This document shows positions 26,837 to 36,555 of a stretch of 50,445 bases of DNA, piece after piece; within the stretch, counting starts at the first letter, position 1; every line of letters begins with the position of its first letter. The position numbers and the translations under genes were made by a program. The stretch is from Thermoplasmata archaeon UBA184. GTDB lineage: Archaea > Thermoplasmatota > Thermoplasmata > Lutacidiplasmatales > UBA184. The notes below the pieces were generated by a model. That model made no database searches and was not told where the DNA came from. It saw only the letters and a list, made by a program, of their open reading frames with translations. Location: the NCBI GenBank assembly GCA_002495185.1, contig DAEB01000044.1:32383-82827 (forward strand), in the 5' to 3' direction.

Positions 26837-27124
26837 TCAGACGACGATTTCGTAGACCGAGCCCGCGGCCTGTCCGGGGGAGCCCTTGGCCCGCTCGTGG
26901 GCCTGTCGGAACGCGGGGCCATCGAGCCAAGTCCGGAAGTCCTCTTTGGTGCTCCACCGGGTCGACACCATGACCTCCTTCCCGCCCTCTTCGCGCCACA
27001 CCTCGATTCCAAGAAAGCCGGGCTGCTGGTCGACCTTACCGGCCCGATGACGGAACGCCTCGACAATACGGTCTGCTTCCGCGGGCGAATCGACCGAAAT
27101 CCGATTCACGAGCACCCAGGTCAT
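26837..27124 (-). CDS. Antibiotic biosynthesis monooxygenase (ABM/IsdG-like) protein
   Basis: VLVNRISV, FRHRAGKVDQQPGFLGIEV, VSTRW..EDFRTW..GPAFRQAH; ATG 27124 re-called. Confidence 0.88.
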   Translation of the reverse strand: MTWVLVNRISVDSPAEADRIVEAFRHRAGKVDQQPGFLGIEVWREEGGKEVMVSTRWSTKEDFRTWLDGPAFRQAHERAKGSPGQAAGSVYEIVV

Positions 27125-27264
27125 CCGGTTCCCGACCCCGAACGAGGTGATATTCTTGTGGTCGGCGCCCTCCGATCGTGGCCGGCGGGCGCGTGAATTC
27201 CCCCACCCCTCATCGACCGGGTGGAACCCATATCCGCAGCACCGCCTCCAGAGTTCGAGGTGCG

Positions 27265-27810
27265 ATGCCGGCTCCCGCGCGCCATGCTCGCAATCGTCCC
27301 CCACCGGCAACCTTTCGGAGAGTGAACTGGTCGGAGGACCTGGAAACCATTCGTCCGCTCTTTCGGGAGTACCGAAAGTGGATCGCCGACCACGCGGACC
27401 CCGCTCCGAGCTCGCAAGCAAGGGTGCGCTCCGGTCTCGCCGAGATCGATCGACTGATCGATGAGCTCCCCGGTCGCTACGGGCCTCCCCACGGCGATGT
27501 GATTCTTTGGTTTCGGGACGACAGCCTCGTCGCATGTGGAGCGATTCGCTCGCTCGAGCCGACGGTCGGGGAGATCAAGCGAATCTTCGTGCGGCCCGAC
27601 TATCGTGGCCCGGCCTTCGGTGTTCCATTCGTTCGAACGCTCATGGACCGAGCTCGCGAGCTCGGATGCCGGAAACTGAGGACCTACGCGCTCCCGACGA
27701 TGACTGCTGCGATCGAGTTCTATCAGGAGCTCGGATTCCAGCCGATCGCCTCGTATTGGTCCCATCCGGCTTCGGGCGCGCTCTTCTTCGAGTGCGATCT
27801 GAGCGGCTAG
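27265..27810 (+). CDS. GNAT family N-acetyltransferase
   Basis: LFREY, LPGRYGPPHG, GEIKRIFVRPDYRG, ARELG..LR...LPTMTAAIEFYQELGF; start approximate. Confidence 0.9.
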   Translation: MPAPARHARNRPPPATFRRVNWSEDLETIRPLFREYRKWIADHADPAPSSQARVRSGLAEIDRLIDELPGRYGPPHGDVILWFRDDSLVACGAIRSLEPTVGEIKRIFVRPDYRGPAFGVPFVRTLMDRARELGCRKLRTYALPTMTAAIEFYQELGFQPIASYWSHPASGALFFECDLSG

Positions 27811-27914
27811 CCTGGCTTCCTCCACTCGTCCTTCGGCAGGTTGCTCCGTCGCCCACGGTCAGTTCGGGGAATGTTCCGGGAGCGAGCTCGTCGGAAAGCG
27901 AAGGCTCGGGGCGA

Positions 27915-29342
27915 TCAGGGAGTCCACGTCGCGCCCCCGTATCCCAACGGCTTCTCGGGAGGCACCGGACCGCCAAACGGGTCGGGTCGTGGCTCGGGCG
28001 GGCGTCCGTGCTTCCTCGCTAGGTAGGCGTCGATCGCTGCCGCCGCGCGTTCCCCTGCGGCCATCGCGTGGACGACCGACCGGCCCCCGGTCGCGAACAC
28101 TCCCGGGACGCCCGTCATCCAGTCCTCGGCCTTCCCCTCAGGCCACCCCATGGACGCGAACCCGAAGTCATAGTTCTGGTCGAAGCCGTCCACGTCGGCC
28201 ACTTCCCCCACGGCGACGATCACCATGTCGCACTCGATGGTTTCCTCGGAGTTCGGCACCACGACGAGGGTGCGGCGACCCCTCGCGTCGGGGGGACCAT
28301 GCTCGGTCTTCTCCACGACGATTCCCTCGACCTGCTCCATGCCGAGGATCGCCTTGGGAGCTCGGTAGAAGACGAACTTGATGCCCTCGATTTCCCCGCC
28401 GGATTTCTCTTCCTCGGTCGCCTTCACGTCCTCGGGGCCCCGGCGGTAGACCAGCGTCACATCGCTCCCCCCGGAGAGTCGTCGGGCCGACCGTGCGGCA
28501 TCGAGCGCGACGTCCCCGGCCCCGACGACGACCACATGGCGCCCCGTGCGCCCGAACAAGCCCTTGGTGCCGGTGTTCATCGCCAGGAGGAACGGTAGGG
28601 CATGGTAGACGCCGGCCAAATGCTCTCCGGGAACTCCCAATTCCCGGGCCTTGGAAGCGCCGACGGTCACGAGAACCGCCTCGTACCCTTCCTCGAGGAG
28701 ACTCTTCGGGGTGTAGTCGACTCCCGCTTTCTTTCCCGTGATGAACGTGATGTCGAGGTTCTTCCAACGGGCGAGGTCGGTCGCGAGGTCATCCTCTTCA
28801 AGGTGATAGCGGGGGATCGTGTTGATCTGTCCGCCGAGGAACGGTTGAACTTCGAAGAGCGTGACCGGATGGCCCCGAAGCGCGAGGTCCCAGGCGGCCA
28901 TCAGCCCCGCGGGCCCCGCGCCGATGATGGCGACGCGCTCCTCCTTCCGCTTGGAGGGGACGTAGAGGAGGTCGGATTTCCCGAAGTCGAGGGCGGCGCG
29001 TTTCAGGTGACGGATCGCGATGGGGACGCCGCGCTCGGCCATGATGCAATCGTCCTCACAAAAGTGGTAGCAGGTCTTGCACAGGACCGTGGCCAGAGGG
29101 TTCTCGCGAAGCACCAAGAGCGCCGCGCCGTCGAAATCTCGCTCGCCGACCTTGATGTTGTAGCCGCGAGCGTCCTGAGTGATGGGGCAGCCTTGGACGC
29201 AGTAGGGCATGGCGCACTGCAGGCACCGCTGGCCCTCTAGGACCGCCTCTTCGAGAGTGTAGGGCTTGTCGATGAGGGCAAACTTCTCCACCCGCTCCTC
29301 GCGGGTCAGTTCGTCCACCGGGACTCTCTCGTAACGGTCCAT
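27915..29342 (-). CDS. FAD/Fe-S NAD(P)-dependent oxidoreductase, GltD/SudA(NfnB)/PreT-like
   Basis: RCLQCAMPYCVQGCP, NPL..LCKTCYHFCEDDC, VAIIGAGPAGL, VVVVGAGDVALDAAR, LVYRR, DMVIVAVG. Confidence 0.92.
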   Translation of the reverse strand: MDRYERVPVDELTREERVEKFALIDKPYTLEEAVLEGQRCLQCAMPYCVQGCPITQDARGYNIKVGERDFDGAALLVLRENPLATVLCKTCYHFCEDDCIMAERGVPIAIRHLKRAALDFGKSDLLYVPSKRKEERVAIIGAGPAGLMAAWDLALRGHPVTLFEVQPFLGGQINTIPRYHLEEDDLATDLARWKNLDITFITGKKAGVDYTPKSLLEEGYEAVLVTVGASKARELGVPGEHLAGVYHALPFLLAMNTGTKGLFGRTGRHVVVVGAGDVALDAARSARRLSGGSDVTLVYRRGPEDVKATEEEKSGGEIEGIKFVFYRAPKAILGMEQVEGIVVEKTEHGPPDARGRRTLVVVPNSEETIECDMVIVAVGEVADVDGFDQNYDFGFASMGWPEGKAEDWMTGVPGVFATGGRSVVHAMAAGERAAAAIDAYLARKHGRPPEPRPDPFGGPVPPEKPLGYGGATWTP

Positions 29343-29591
29343 CGTGGCTCCGCCCGGACGCGCGGACCTCGACGAAGGAGACGTCTAAAGGCTTCCCGGT
29401 CCGCTTGCTAGGGTACATTGCCACCCCCCGATCCCCGGTCCACGGCCGAGCCACTCGCCCAGGGGGAGAGCCAACGTCGCGACCTCCCTAGCGAAGACCC
29501 GATTCGACCATCGTTGGACCGACTTCGCGCAGGGATCCGTTCCGGCGGCATCGGCAGGTTAATCTCAGGGTGCTAGTTCGGTAAACCGTCC

Positions 29592-30650
29592 ATGGCCGTC
29601 AACGAGCAGAAGTTGCACGAACTCGCTGCGAAATTCCTCAGTGACCTGGGCGCCGCGTTCACGGGGCCCTCGATCTTGATTGGCGAGCAGCTCGGGCTCT
29701 ACAAGGCTCTCGCCGCGGCCGGCCCTTCCACCCCCGAAGAGGTGGCCAAACGCTCCGGGGTCAAGGAGCGGTACGTCCGTGAGTGGCTGGCCGGGCAGGC
29801 GGCCTCGGGATACGTCAACTACGACGCGAGCTCCCGGCGGTACTCAATGTCCCCGGAGCAGGCGTTCGCGATGACCAACGAAGATAGCCCCGTCTACATT
29901 CCGGGCGCGTTCTACTCGGTCGCTTCGGTCTACAAGGACCAGCGCAAGATTGCGGAGGCCATCAAGGCGGGGAACGGCTTCGGTTGGCACGAGCACCACA
30001 ACGACCTCTTTCTTGGGACGAGGAAGTTCTTCCGGCCCTCGTACCTCGCCAATCTCGTCGGGAGCTGGCTCCCGAGCCTCGACGGCGTGGTCGCCAAGCT
30101 GGAGCGCGGTGCCCGCGTGGCGGACGTCGGGTGCGGGTTGGGTTCTTCCACGATCATCATGGCGAAGGCGTTCCCGAAATCCCAGTTCATCGGGTTCGAC
30201 TATCACACCGAGTCGATCGAGTGGGCCCGGAACGAGGCGGTCACCGCCAATGTCACCGACAACACGGACTTCGAAGTGGCGACCGCGAAAGCGTACCGCG
30301 GGAAGGACTACGACCTGGTGACGTTCTTCGATTGCCTTCACGACATGGGCGATCCGGTCGGCGCCGGCCGCCACGTTCGCGAAACCCTCGCCGCCGACGG
30401 CACCTGGATGGTCGTGGAACCGTTTGCGAAGGAGACGGTCGACCAGAACCTGACGCCCGTCGGGCGGACGTTCTACAACGCCTCCTTCCTGGTCTGCGTC
30501 CCCGCCTCCCTGTCTCAGGAAGTGCAGCTGGGGCTCGGGGCGCAGGCCGGCGATTCTCAGTTGAACGAGGTGTTCCGGTCCGCCGGGTTCTCGCGCGTGC
30601 GCAAGCCCGTGGAGACGCCGTTCAACCGCGTCTTCGAAGCGCGTCCCTGA
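29592..30650 (+). CDS. Class I SAM methyltransferase with N-terminal winged helix (Rv2258c-like)
   Basis: IGEQLGLYKAL, ERYVREWL, VADVGCGLG, FFDCLHDMGDPV, CVPASLSQ, ETPFNRVFEARP. Confidence 0.93.
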   Translation: MAVNEQKLHELAAKFLSDLGAAFTGPSILIGEQLGLYKALAAAGPSTPEEVAKRSGVKERYVREWLAGQAASGYVNYDASSRRYSMSPEQAFAMTNEDSPVYIPGAFYSVASVYKDQRKIAEAIKAGNGFGWHEHHNDLFLGTRKFFRPSYLANLVGSWLPSLDGVVAKLERGARVADVGCGLGSSTIIMAKAFPKSQFIGFDYHTESIEWARNEAVTANVTDNTDFEVATAKAYRGKDYDLVTFFDCLHDMGDPVGAGRHVRETLAADGTWMVVEPFAKETVDQNLTPVGRTFYNASFLVCVPASLSQEVQLGLGAQAGDSQLNEVFRSAGFSRVRKPVETPFNRVFEARP

Positions 30651-30713
30651 CCGGCCATCCCGGCCTCGGCGGGCGCATGGTCCGCTTCGCCGGATCGAGC
30701 TCTCGGCCGGTCC

Positions 30714-31004
30714 TCAGGCGAGGTCGAGCGTCATCGTGATGGTGGTCGGGCCGAAGACTCGCTCGCTGGTCTTGGCATACCACTCCTCCCCTTCCGGGTC
30801 GGCGTATCTGGCCTCGAGAGTGAGCCGGGTCCCGAGGGGGGCCACGTCCACGTCTGGCCAGGTGAGAGACCCGTGAGCATCCGTCGTCCCCGAGAGGTCC
30901 CGATTCGCTCTCGAGACCGCATCATGATTGACTCCGATGACGCGCGCCCCGACCGCGGGGTCGTCTCCGGGCAGTCGGATGACGAGGGTCACGGAAGCTC
31001 TCAT
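30714..31004 (-). CDS. Small beta-rich hypothetical protein
   Basis: PAVGARV...GTTDAHG pattern like carboxypeptidase-regulatory/prealbumin-like folds; fills the gap between convergent genes. Confidence 0.55.
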   Translation of the reverse strand: MRASVTLVIRLPGDDPAVGARVIGVNHDAVSRANRDLSGTTDAHGSLTWPDVDVAPLGTRLTLEARYADPEGEEWYAKTSERVFGPTTITMTLDLA

Positions 31005-31160
31005 GGCGGGGCGGAAGCCGGGAATTCCCTAAGCTTTGCCTCCGACCGCGCTCGGTTCCTCCGCGTCCCTTCGGACCGCAATTTGCTTCAACGCTGATTC
31101 CGCCCGCTCCCGATTCCCACCGGCTCGATTGGTTTAGGTGGACCGCAGAGCAGCTTCTCC

Positions 31161-31553
31161 GTGGTGTTCGCCCGCGGGTTCGTCAACCTCTACACTCGCG
31201 ACATCGAGGCCGGCCTCCGCTTCTACGAGGGACTCCTCGGCTTCACGGAAACCTTCCGCACTCCGAGGCAGGGGGTGCCACGCACGTCGAGTTCACGCTC
31301 CACGGGTTTGGCCTGGGACTCGGTACGGTGGCGGCGGCGAAAGAGGTCCACGGGGTCAACGCCTCTCCCGGGACCCCGGCCATGGTGCTCGTTCTCTGGA
31401 CCGAAGATGTCGACAAGGAGTTCGAGCGGCTAAAGGCGGCGGGGGACTCCCGTGGTTCAGCCACCTCATGACACGGGAAACAACGACCGAAACGCCCTCG
31501 TTCGGGACCCGGACGGGAACCTGGTCGAGATCGTTTCGAAGAGGTCTCGTTAA
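31161..31553 (+). pseudogene. VOC family gene interrupted by two compensating frameshifts
   Basis: Frame A VNLYTRDIEAGLRFY..LLGF; after about 31279 the homology continues in another frame (THVEF...PAMVLVLWTEDVDKEFERLKAAG); after the G5 run at 31441-31445 it returns to frame A (TPVVQPPHD...VRDPDGNLVEIVS, TAA 31551-31553); frame-A stop at 31431. Confidence 0.8.
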
Positions 31554-31725
31554 CCCCGGAGGACGCCCGGCCGGACCGACCCCGCCGTCCGGTTGAGCCG
31601 TCCCCCGGACCCCTCGATAATGGTGGGAGGGGCGAGCGGTTCCCTTCCGAACGCCGCCGGGGGACCTCCCCTCGTCCCGTTCCATGTCAGCCGAAGGTTA
31701 TAGGGGGTCGAGCTTCGTCGGGGGT

Positions 31726-32688
31726 ATGGCCCAAGTCCCGCGTCGGCCCCTGGGTCGCTCCGGGCTCCAGGTCGCTCCGTTCGCCCTCGGAGGGAACGTC
31801 TTCGGCTGGACCGTGGACCAGCCCACCGGTTTCCGACTTCTCGACGCGTTCGTCGATGCCGGGTTCAACCTGATCGACACGGCGGACACGTACTCGATCT
31901 GGATCGAGGGCCACCACGGCGGCGAGTCCGAATCGGTGATCGGGCAGTGGCTCCAGCGTAGCGGTCGACGGGACGACGTCCTGATCGCCACGAAGGTCGG
32001 GATGGACATGGGTCCCGGAGGAAAGGGTCTCTCCGAAGACCACATTCAAGCGTCGATCGAAGACTCGCTCCTCCGCCTTCGGACCGACCACATCGACCTG
32101 TACCAGGCCCACGAGGACGACCCGAACACCCCGCTCGATGAGACCCTGGGCGCGTTTGGCGACCTGATCGAGCAGGGGAAGGTGCGCGCCATCGGTGCGT
32201 CGAACTACGATGCGGACCGGCTCGAAGAGGCGCTCCTCCTGAGCCAGGACCGCGGGCTCCCCCGGTACGAGAGTCTTCAGCCGAGATACAACCTGGTCGA
32301 CCGAGAGGAGTTCGAGGCGTCGCTCGAACCCGTGTGCCGTGCGCAAGGGCTCGGAGTCCTCCCCTACAGCTCGCTCGCCTCCGGGTTTCTCACCGGAAAG
32401 TATCGGTCTACGGAGGATTCCGCCCAGAGTCCTCGGGGTACGCGTGCGGTCAAGAGGCTCGATGACCGCGGACGCCGAATCCTGTCAGCGCTCGACGCGG
32501 TCGCGGGCCGTCTCGACGCCCGGCCGGCGACGATCGCCCTGGCGTGGCTGATGGCACGACCGACGGTGACCGCTCCGATCGCGAGCGCGACGTCGCTCGA
32601 CCAGCTTCACGAGCTCATCGCCGCCGCGTCACTGTCGCTCGACGCCTCCGCTCTGTCGGAGCTGGACCGGGCGAGTGGGTTCCGCTAG
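31726..32688 (+). CDS. Aldo/keto reductase
   Basis: LGRSGL.V..ALGGNVFG, IDTADTYS, IATKVG, LRTDHIDLYQAH, GKVRAIGASN, QPRYNL, YSSLASGFLTGKY, PIASATS. Confidence 0.95.
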   Translation: MAQVPRRPLGRSGLQVAPFALGGNVFGWTVDQPTGFRLLDAFVDAGFNLIDTADTYSIWIEGHHGGESESVIGQWLQRSGRRDDVLIATKVGMDMGPGGKGLSEDHIQASIEDSLLRLRTDHIDLYQAHEDDPNTPLDETLGAFGDLIEQGKVRAIGASNYDADRLEEALLLSQDRGLPRYESLQPRYNLVDREEFEASLEPVCRAQGLGVLPYSSLASGFLTGKYRSTEDSAQSPRGTRAVKRLDDRGRRILSALDAVAGRLDARPATIALAWLMARPTVTAPIASATSLDQLHELIAAASLSLDASALSELDRASGFR

Positions 32689-32751
32689 CCCGGGCCCGTG
32701 CTGGACTGCTCTTGACCCGGGAGAATCCCGAGAGGCGTCGGGCGGTGCTTC

Positions 32752-33513
32752 TCACCCACGCTTCTCGCGATCGATCAGGATCGCGAAGACGAGGGCCGGG
32801 AGCGGGTCGAGATTCCCTACGATCTCGAGGCCGTAGCTATCGCTGGCCGAAACCCACGCCTCGCGGACCCGCGCGACTTCCGTTCCGGCCGGGTCCTGGA
32901 TCGCAAAGTCGTGGCTCAGGAGATTCCCATGCCCCTGGAACATCGTCCGACCGTCCGGAAACGTCGCGCTCGCCGAGAGGTCCCCGAGTAGCCCTCTCGA
33001 GGCGGTCACCGACATCATCGTCGTTCCCCACGCGTCGCTGAGCGTTGAGACGGTGGCATTTCCGGTGACCTGGATTGAGATCTGCGCCTGGGGGGCGCCG
33101 GAGGGGTCGACCACTTTCCACACGAGGGTGAGGGCGGGCGGCGGGGGGAGAATGCCGTCGGACGAGGAGTCGCTCGGAGGCGGCGGGGCGGACCGATACA
33201 GGACGTCGAGCTCGAGCTCCTGGGAGACATCCTCCTCGATCGTGAAGAGGTGCCGGTTCGTCTCGTCCAGGATGCGATAGTTGTGCCCCCGAGAGAACAG
33301 TTGATGCTGGATGACGAACCTCTTGGATCCCTCGATCCCCAGTTTGGTGCTGAGTGCAGGGATGCTCGACTCCGGAGAGGCGGGGACCGGGGGACCTGCC
33401 GGCGCGGCATCGGCGGAGGCCGGGACCGGAGGCACGGCGGTTCGGCAGGCCGCGCAGTACTGGGCGTCCGGTGAAAGCGGGCTTCCGCAGTTCGGGCAGG
33501 ACCGGACCGCCAC
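32752..33513 (-). CDS. Zinc-ribbon plus LURP-one/Tubby C-like (scramblase-related) protein
   Basis: CPNCG...YCAAC N-terminus; FVIQHQLFS..NYRILDE, GNLLSHDFAI, VARV...W....DSYGLEI, LVFAILID; GTG 33513 re-called. Confidence 0.78.
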   Translation of the reverse strand: MAVRSCPNCGSPLSPDAQYCAACRTAVPPVPASADAAPAGPPVPASPESSIPALSTKLGIEGSKRFVIQHQLFSRGHNYRILDETNRHLFTIEEDVSQELELDVLYRSAPPPPSDSSSDGILPPPPALTLVWKVVDPSGAPQAQISIQVTGNATVSTLSDAWGTTMMSVTASRGLLGDLSASATFPDGRTMFQGHGNLLSHDFAIQDPAGTEVARVREAWVSASDSYGLEIVGNLDPLPALVFAILIDREKRG

Positions 33514-33545
33514 GCGGAGCCGACTCGACGATGCGAGATAAGGAG

Positions 33546-34634
33546 TTATCGACGCGCGAGCCCTTCCGGCCGAATAGCGGAGGGGCTCGCAGCCCGTCCG
33601 GTCGCGGGTGGGTCGTCCATTTGCAGTAGCTGCTTGCCGACATTCTCTCCCGAGTACAGGCGCGCGAGGCCCTGGGGAGCCTCCCGAAGGCCGTAGAGGA
33701 CGTCTTCTTTGGACTTGAGACGCCCCGACCGTAGCAACGGAAGCAACGCATCCCACGCCTCGGAGCGCCGTGGAACGAAGTCCCGCCCCAGGAGCCCCTC
33801 CATGCGACCGTTGACCATGACGAGGGCCAAGTAGTTCGCCGGTCCCGGGGGCTGCTCGCGGGCCGGGTACCGTGAGGTCGCTCCCGAGAGGACCACGCGG
33901 CCACCGGGGCGCAGTCGGTCGAGTGCCCGGTCGAGGGTCGGACCACCGTCATTGTCGAAGAAGACGTCGATGCCGTCGGGGCAGAGCTCGGAGAGGCGTT
34001 TCCCGACGTCCTCGGTCCGGTAGTTGACCGCGGCGTCGATCCCCGCTTCCCGGAGGAGCCAGTCGCACTTCGCGGGAGTCCCGGCGATGCCGATGACCCG
34101 GAGCCCGGCAATCTTGGCGAGCTGGGAGGCGATCGACCCCACACCACCCGCCGCTCCCGAAATCACGAACGTCTCCCCCGGCTTTGGTCGGGCCACCTCG
34201 TGGACGCCGAAGTACGCGACGAGTCCGGTGAGCCCGAGCGCCCCGAGTGCCCAGTTCAGTGGAACTCCCTCGGGCAGCCGGTAGGTGGGCGTGAACCCCT
34301 TCCCATCCGTGACCGTGTAATCCTCCCAGGCCGTGTGTCCGTGCACGACGTCCCCGGGGGCAAAGTCCGGATGTCGAGACTCTACTACTTCTGAGACGGC
34401 GATCGTGCCCATCACGTCCCCGACCGGATTCTCCGCGCCTTCCGGCTCTCCCGGATAGCCCCGGCCGAGCATGTAGACCTGGGTGGGATCAAACGAGAAC
34501 CATCGGTTGCGAACCAGGAATTGCCCTTCGTCCGGGGAAGGCACTAAGGTTTCGACCCATCGGAAGTTTGCCTCGGAGACCTGCCCGTCGAAACGCTTCG
34601 CGATCAGCCATCTACGGTTGACTCGGCCGGCCAT
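33546..34634 (-). CDS. NADP-dependent oxidoreductase (PTGR1/YncB/CurA-like MDR family)
   Basis: NRRWLIAKR, FSFDP, LGLTGLVAYFG, ISGAAGGVGS, IGIAG, CPDGIDVFFDN, GENVGKQL. Confidence 0.93.
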   Translation of the reverse strand: MAGRVNRRWLIAKRFDGQVSEANFRWVETLVPSPDEGQFLVRNRWFSFDPTQVYMLGRGYPGEPEGAENPVGDVMGTIAVSEVVESRHPDFAPGDVVHGHTAWEDYTVTDGKGFTPTYRLPEGVPLNWALGALGLTGLVAYFGVHEVARPKPGETFVISGAAGGVGSIASQLAKIAGLRVIGIAGTPAKCDWLLREAGIDAAVNYRTEDVGKRLSELCPDGIDVFFDNDGGPTLDRALDRLRPGGRVVLSGATSRYPAREQPPGPANYLALVMVNGRMEGLLGRDFVPRRSEAWDALLPLLRSGRLKSKEDVLYGLREAPQGLARLYSGENVGKQLLQMDDPPATGRAASPSAIRPEGLARR

Positions 34635-34868
34635 GCGCGTCCTGGGGAGGTTGCGGCTGCCTCCAGACGCTCGACTCGGAATATACCTGACCCGGGGTCG
34701 ACGCGAACCCCTCCTTGGCCGGGGGGTCTCCTTCGCCGGAAGGCGTTGAGTGCCTCGGCGTGGCTCACTTGCCGGATCCCGCTCGCGGCTCGAACCGGAA
34801 GGACCGGTTCATCTCGAACCTCGCGCGCGTCTCTAATACCTCCGGCCGCTCCGGGGACGCTAAGTCGG

Positions 34869-35339
34869 ATGGCGCTCGACGCTTCTCTCAGCTACCTCGT
34901 CGGGGACTGGGTCGACGAGAGTCGCTCCGGCGAACCCGGGACCGCGACGGCGAGTGGCGAATCCTGGAGGGTCGACCTCGGGGGTCAGGTGCTGATCCGG
35001 ATGGGCTGGTGCGAGTTTCCCGCGACGGCGAAACGCGGAGCGTTCCGGCACGAGGACCTGCTCATCCTCTATCCCGAGGGGGAGGACGGGATGCGCGGGA
35101 TCTTCTGGGACAACGAGGGCCACACGATCCACTATCCGAACGTGACGATGCTTCCGAGCGGGAAGGGTATCACCCTCAGCAGCGACCGCGCCATCCCCGG
35201 TCCACGACAACAGCTGGTCTACCATTTCGAGGAGCCCGACCACCTCACGGCGACGTTCAGCCTCCTCCTGCCGGGCGCGCCCGATTTCGCGCCGTTTCTC
35301 ACCTGGGTCTCATCCCGGTCGAAGCCCGCTCCCGCCTAA
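34869..35339 (+). CDS. Hypothetical beta-barrel (lipocalin/DUF1579-like) protein
   Basis: LSYLVGDW N-terminal motif, HEDLLILY, FWDNEGHTIHY; ATG 34869 re-called. Confidence 0.65.
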   Translation: MALDASLSYLVGDWVDESRSGEPGTATASGESWRVDLGGQVLIRMGWCEFPATAKRGAFRHEDLLILYPEGEDGMRGIFWDNEGHTIHYPNVTMLPSGKGITLSSDRAIPGPRQQLVYHFEEPDHLTATFSLLLPGAPDFAPFLTWVSSRSKPAPA

Positions 35340-35403
35340 GCTCCGGGGTCGTCCCCGGAGGCAAGCCGTCGGTTGGCCGAGTCCGGAATCGCGACTCGGA
35401 GCG

Positions 35404-35410
35404 TTTAAGA
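35404..35410 (+). promoter_or_regulatory. Putative TATA box (TTTAAGA)
   Basis: 32 nt before ATG 35436. Confidence 0.5.
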
Positions 35411-35435
35411 TGGGGGACCTGGTGGGTTGCGTCCG

Positions 35436-35684
35436 ATGCCGCTCTACATGGACGTTCACAAGAACATGAAAGGGGTCACCGCCGCCGACGTCGCCGAGGC
35501 GCACGCGAAGGACCTGAAAGCGCAAGGAAAGCATGGCGTCGACTACCAGCATTATTGGGTCGACGAGAAGAACGGGACGATCATGTGCCTCGTGAGCGCC
35601 CCGAACGCCGAAGCGGCAGCTCGCGTCCACAAAGAGGCCCACGGGCTGGTCGCGGACGAGATCCACGAGGTCCAGCAGGGCTAG
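35436..35684 (+). CDS. DUF4242 / SCO4226-like nickel-binding family protein
   Basis: MPLYMDVH, DVAEAHAKDL.AQ..HGV.Y..YWVDE..G...CL..AP, VHKEAHGLVADEIHEV. Confidence 0.92.
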   Translation: MPLYMDVHKNMKGVTAADVAEAHAKDLKAQGKHGVDYQHYWVDEKNGTIMCLVSAPNAEAAARVHKEAHGLVADEIHEVQQG

Positions 35685-35723
35685 CCGCGAGAGAGGGCCC
35701 TGCCCGGTTCCGCCGCGGGGGGC

Positions 35724-36506
35724 TCAGTCGGGAAGCGGCGAGGCGACCCGCGCCTTCGATGCGCTCCCGGCGAATTCCATTTCGTACGCCTCCTGGCCCT
35801 GAGGATACTCCTTCGTCGGAACCACCTGACGCGTGAGCCGGACGCCCACAGCCTCGAGTCGTCCCCGTTGTCGCTCGAAGACCGAGCCGATGCCGACGTT
35901 GATGAGGGCCTGGCCGGCCCGGGCGCCCGAGACCATCCGAGTCGCCCCCACGATCGGGCTCCCGACGATCGTCAGTGCCTCTCCGACCCGGACGAGTTCG
36001 CACGGTCCGGCATCGATCCCGATCGAGAGGCCGACTCCGACCGGAAAGTTCCGGGAGTTACGCTTCAGGTTGTCGACGAGCGCGTCCGACGCCGGCAGAA
36101 CCGACCGGCAGAACCCGGGAAGCGTGTGGACGACCTCGTCCTCATCGTGATAGATCCAGAATGCGATGAAACCATCCCCGGTGAACTTGTCGAACCAACC
36201 ATCGAAATCGATCGCGAGGCCCCGGACGGCTTCCGTGAAGCCGATCAAGTACCGGGCGAAGAGGGAAGCGCTCAGCGCTTCGCGGATGAGGAGGCCCGAC
36301 ATCCGCAGGTCGCCGACGACCACGGCGGCGTTGATGGACGTGGAGCCCGACTGTGCCAGGCTGCGGATCCCGTCGGAGGAGAGCTGGCTTCGCGCATCCG
36401 ACGGTCCGTGGCGGGCCAGCGTCTGCGAAAGAGCGAGCTCAGGGGCCGACTCCGACAGCTCGGGCACGGAATCCATCGGGAGCCGGATGCTCCAGGGCGA
36501 AATCAT
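35724..36506 (-). CDS. Stand-alone divergent class III nucleotide cyclase domain protein
   Basis: VVVGDLRMS (metal Asp1), FDKFTGDGFIAFW (Lys, Asp2), LSIGIDAG, TIVGSPIVGATRM. Confidence 0.82.
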   Translation of the reverse strand: MISPWSIRLPMDSVPELSESAPELALSQTLARHGPSDARSQLSSDGIRSLAQSGSTSINAAVVVGDLRMSGLLIREALSASLFARYLIGFTEAVRGLAIDFDGWFDKFTGDGFIAFWIYHDEDEVVHTLPGFCRSVLPASDALVDNLKRNSRNFPVGVGLSIGIDAGPCELVRVGEALTIVGSPIVGATRMVSGARAGQALINVGIGSVFERQRGRLEAVGVRLTRQVVPTKEYPQGQEAYEMEFAGSASKARVASPLPD

Positions 36507-36555
36507 GGTTACGAACGGGTGCCGAGCAGCGGACGCGACGCCGGCGACGGGCGAT

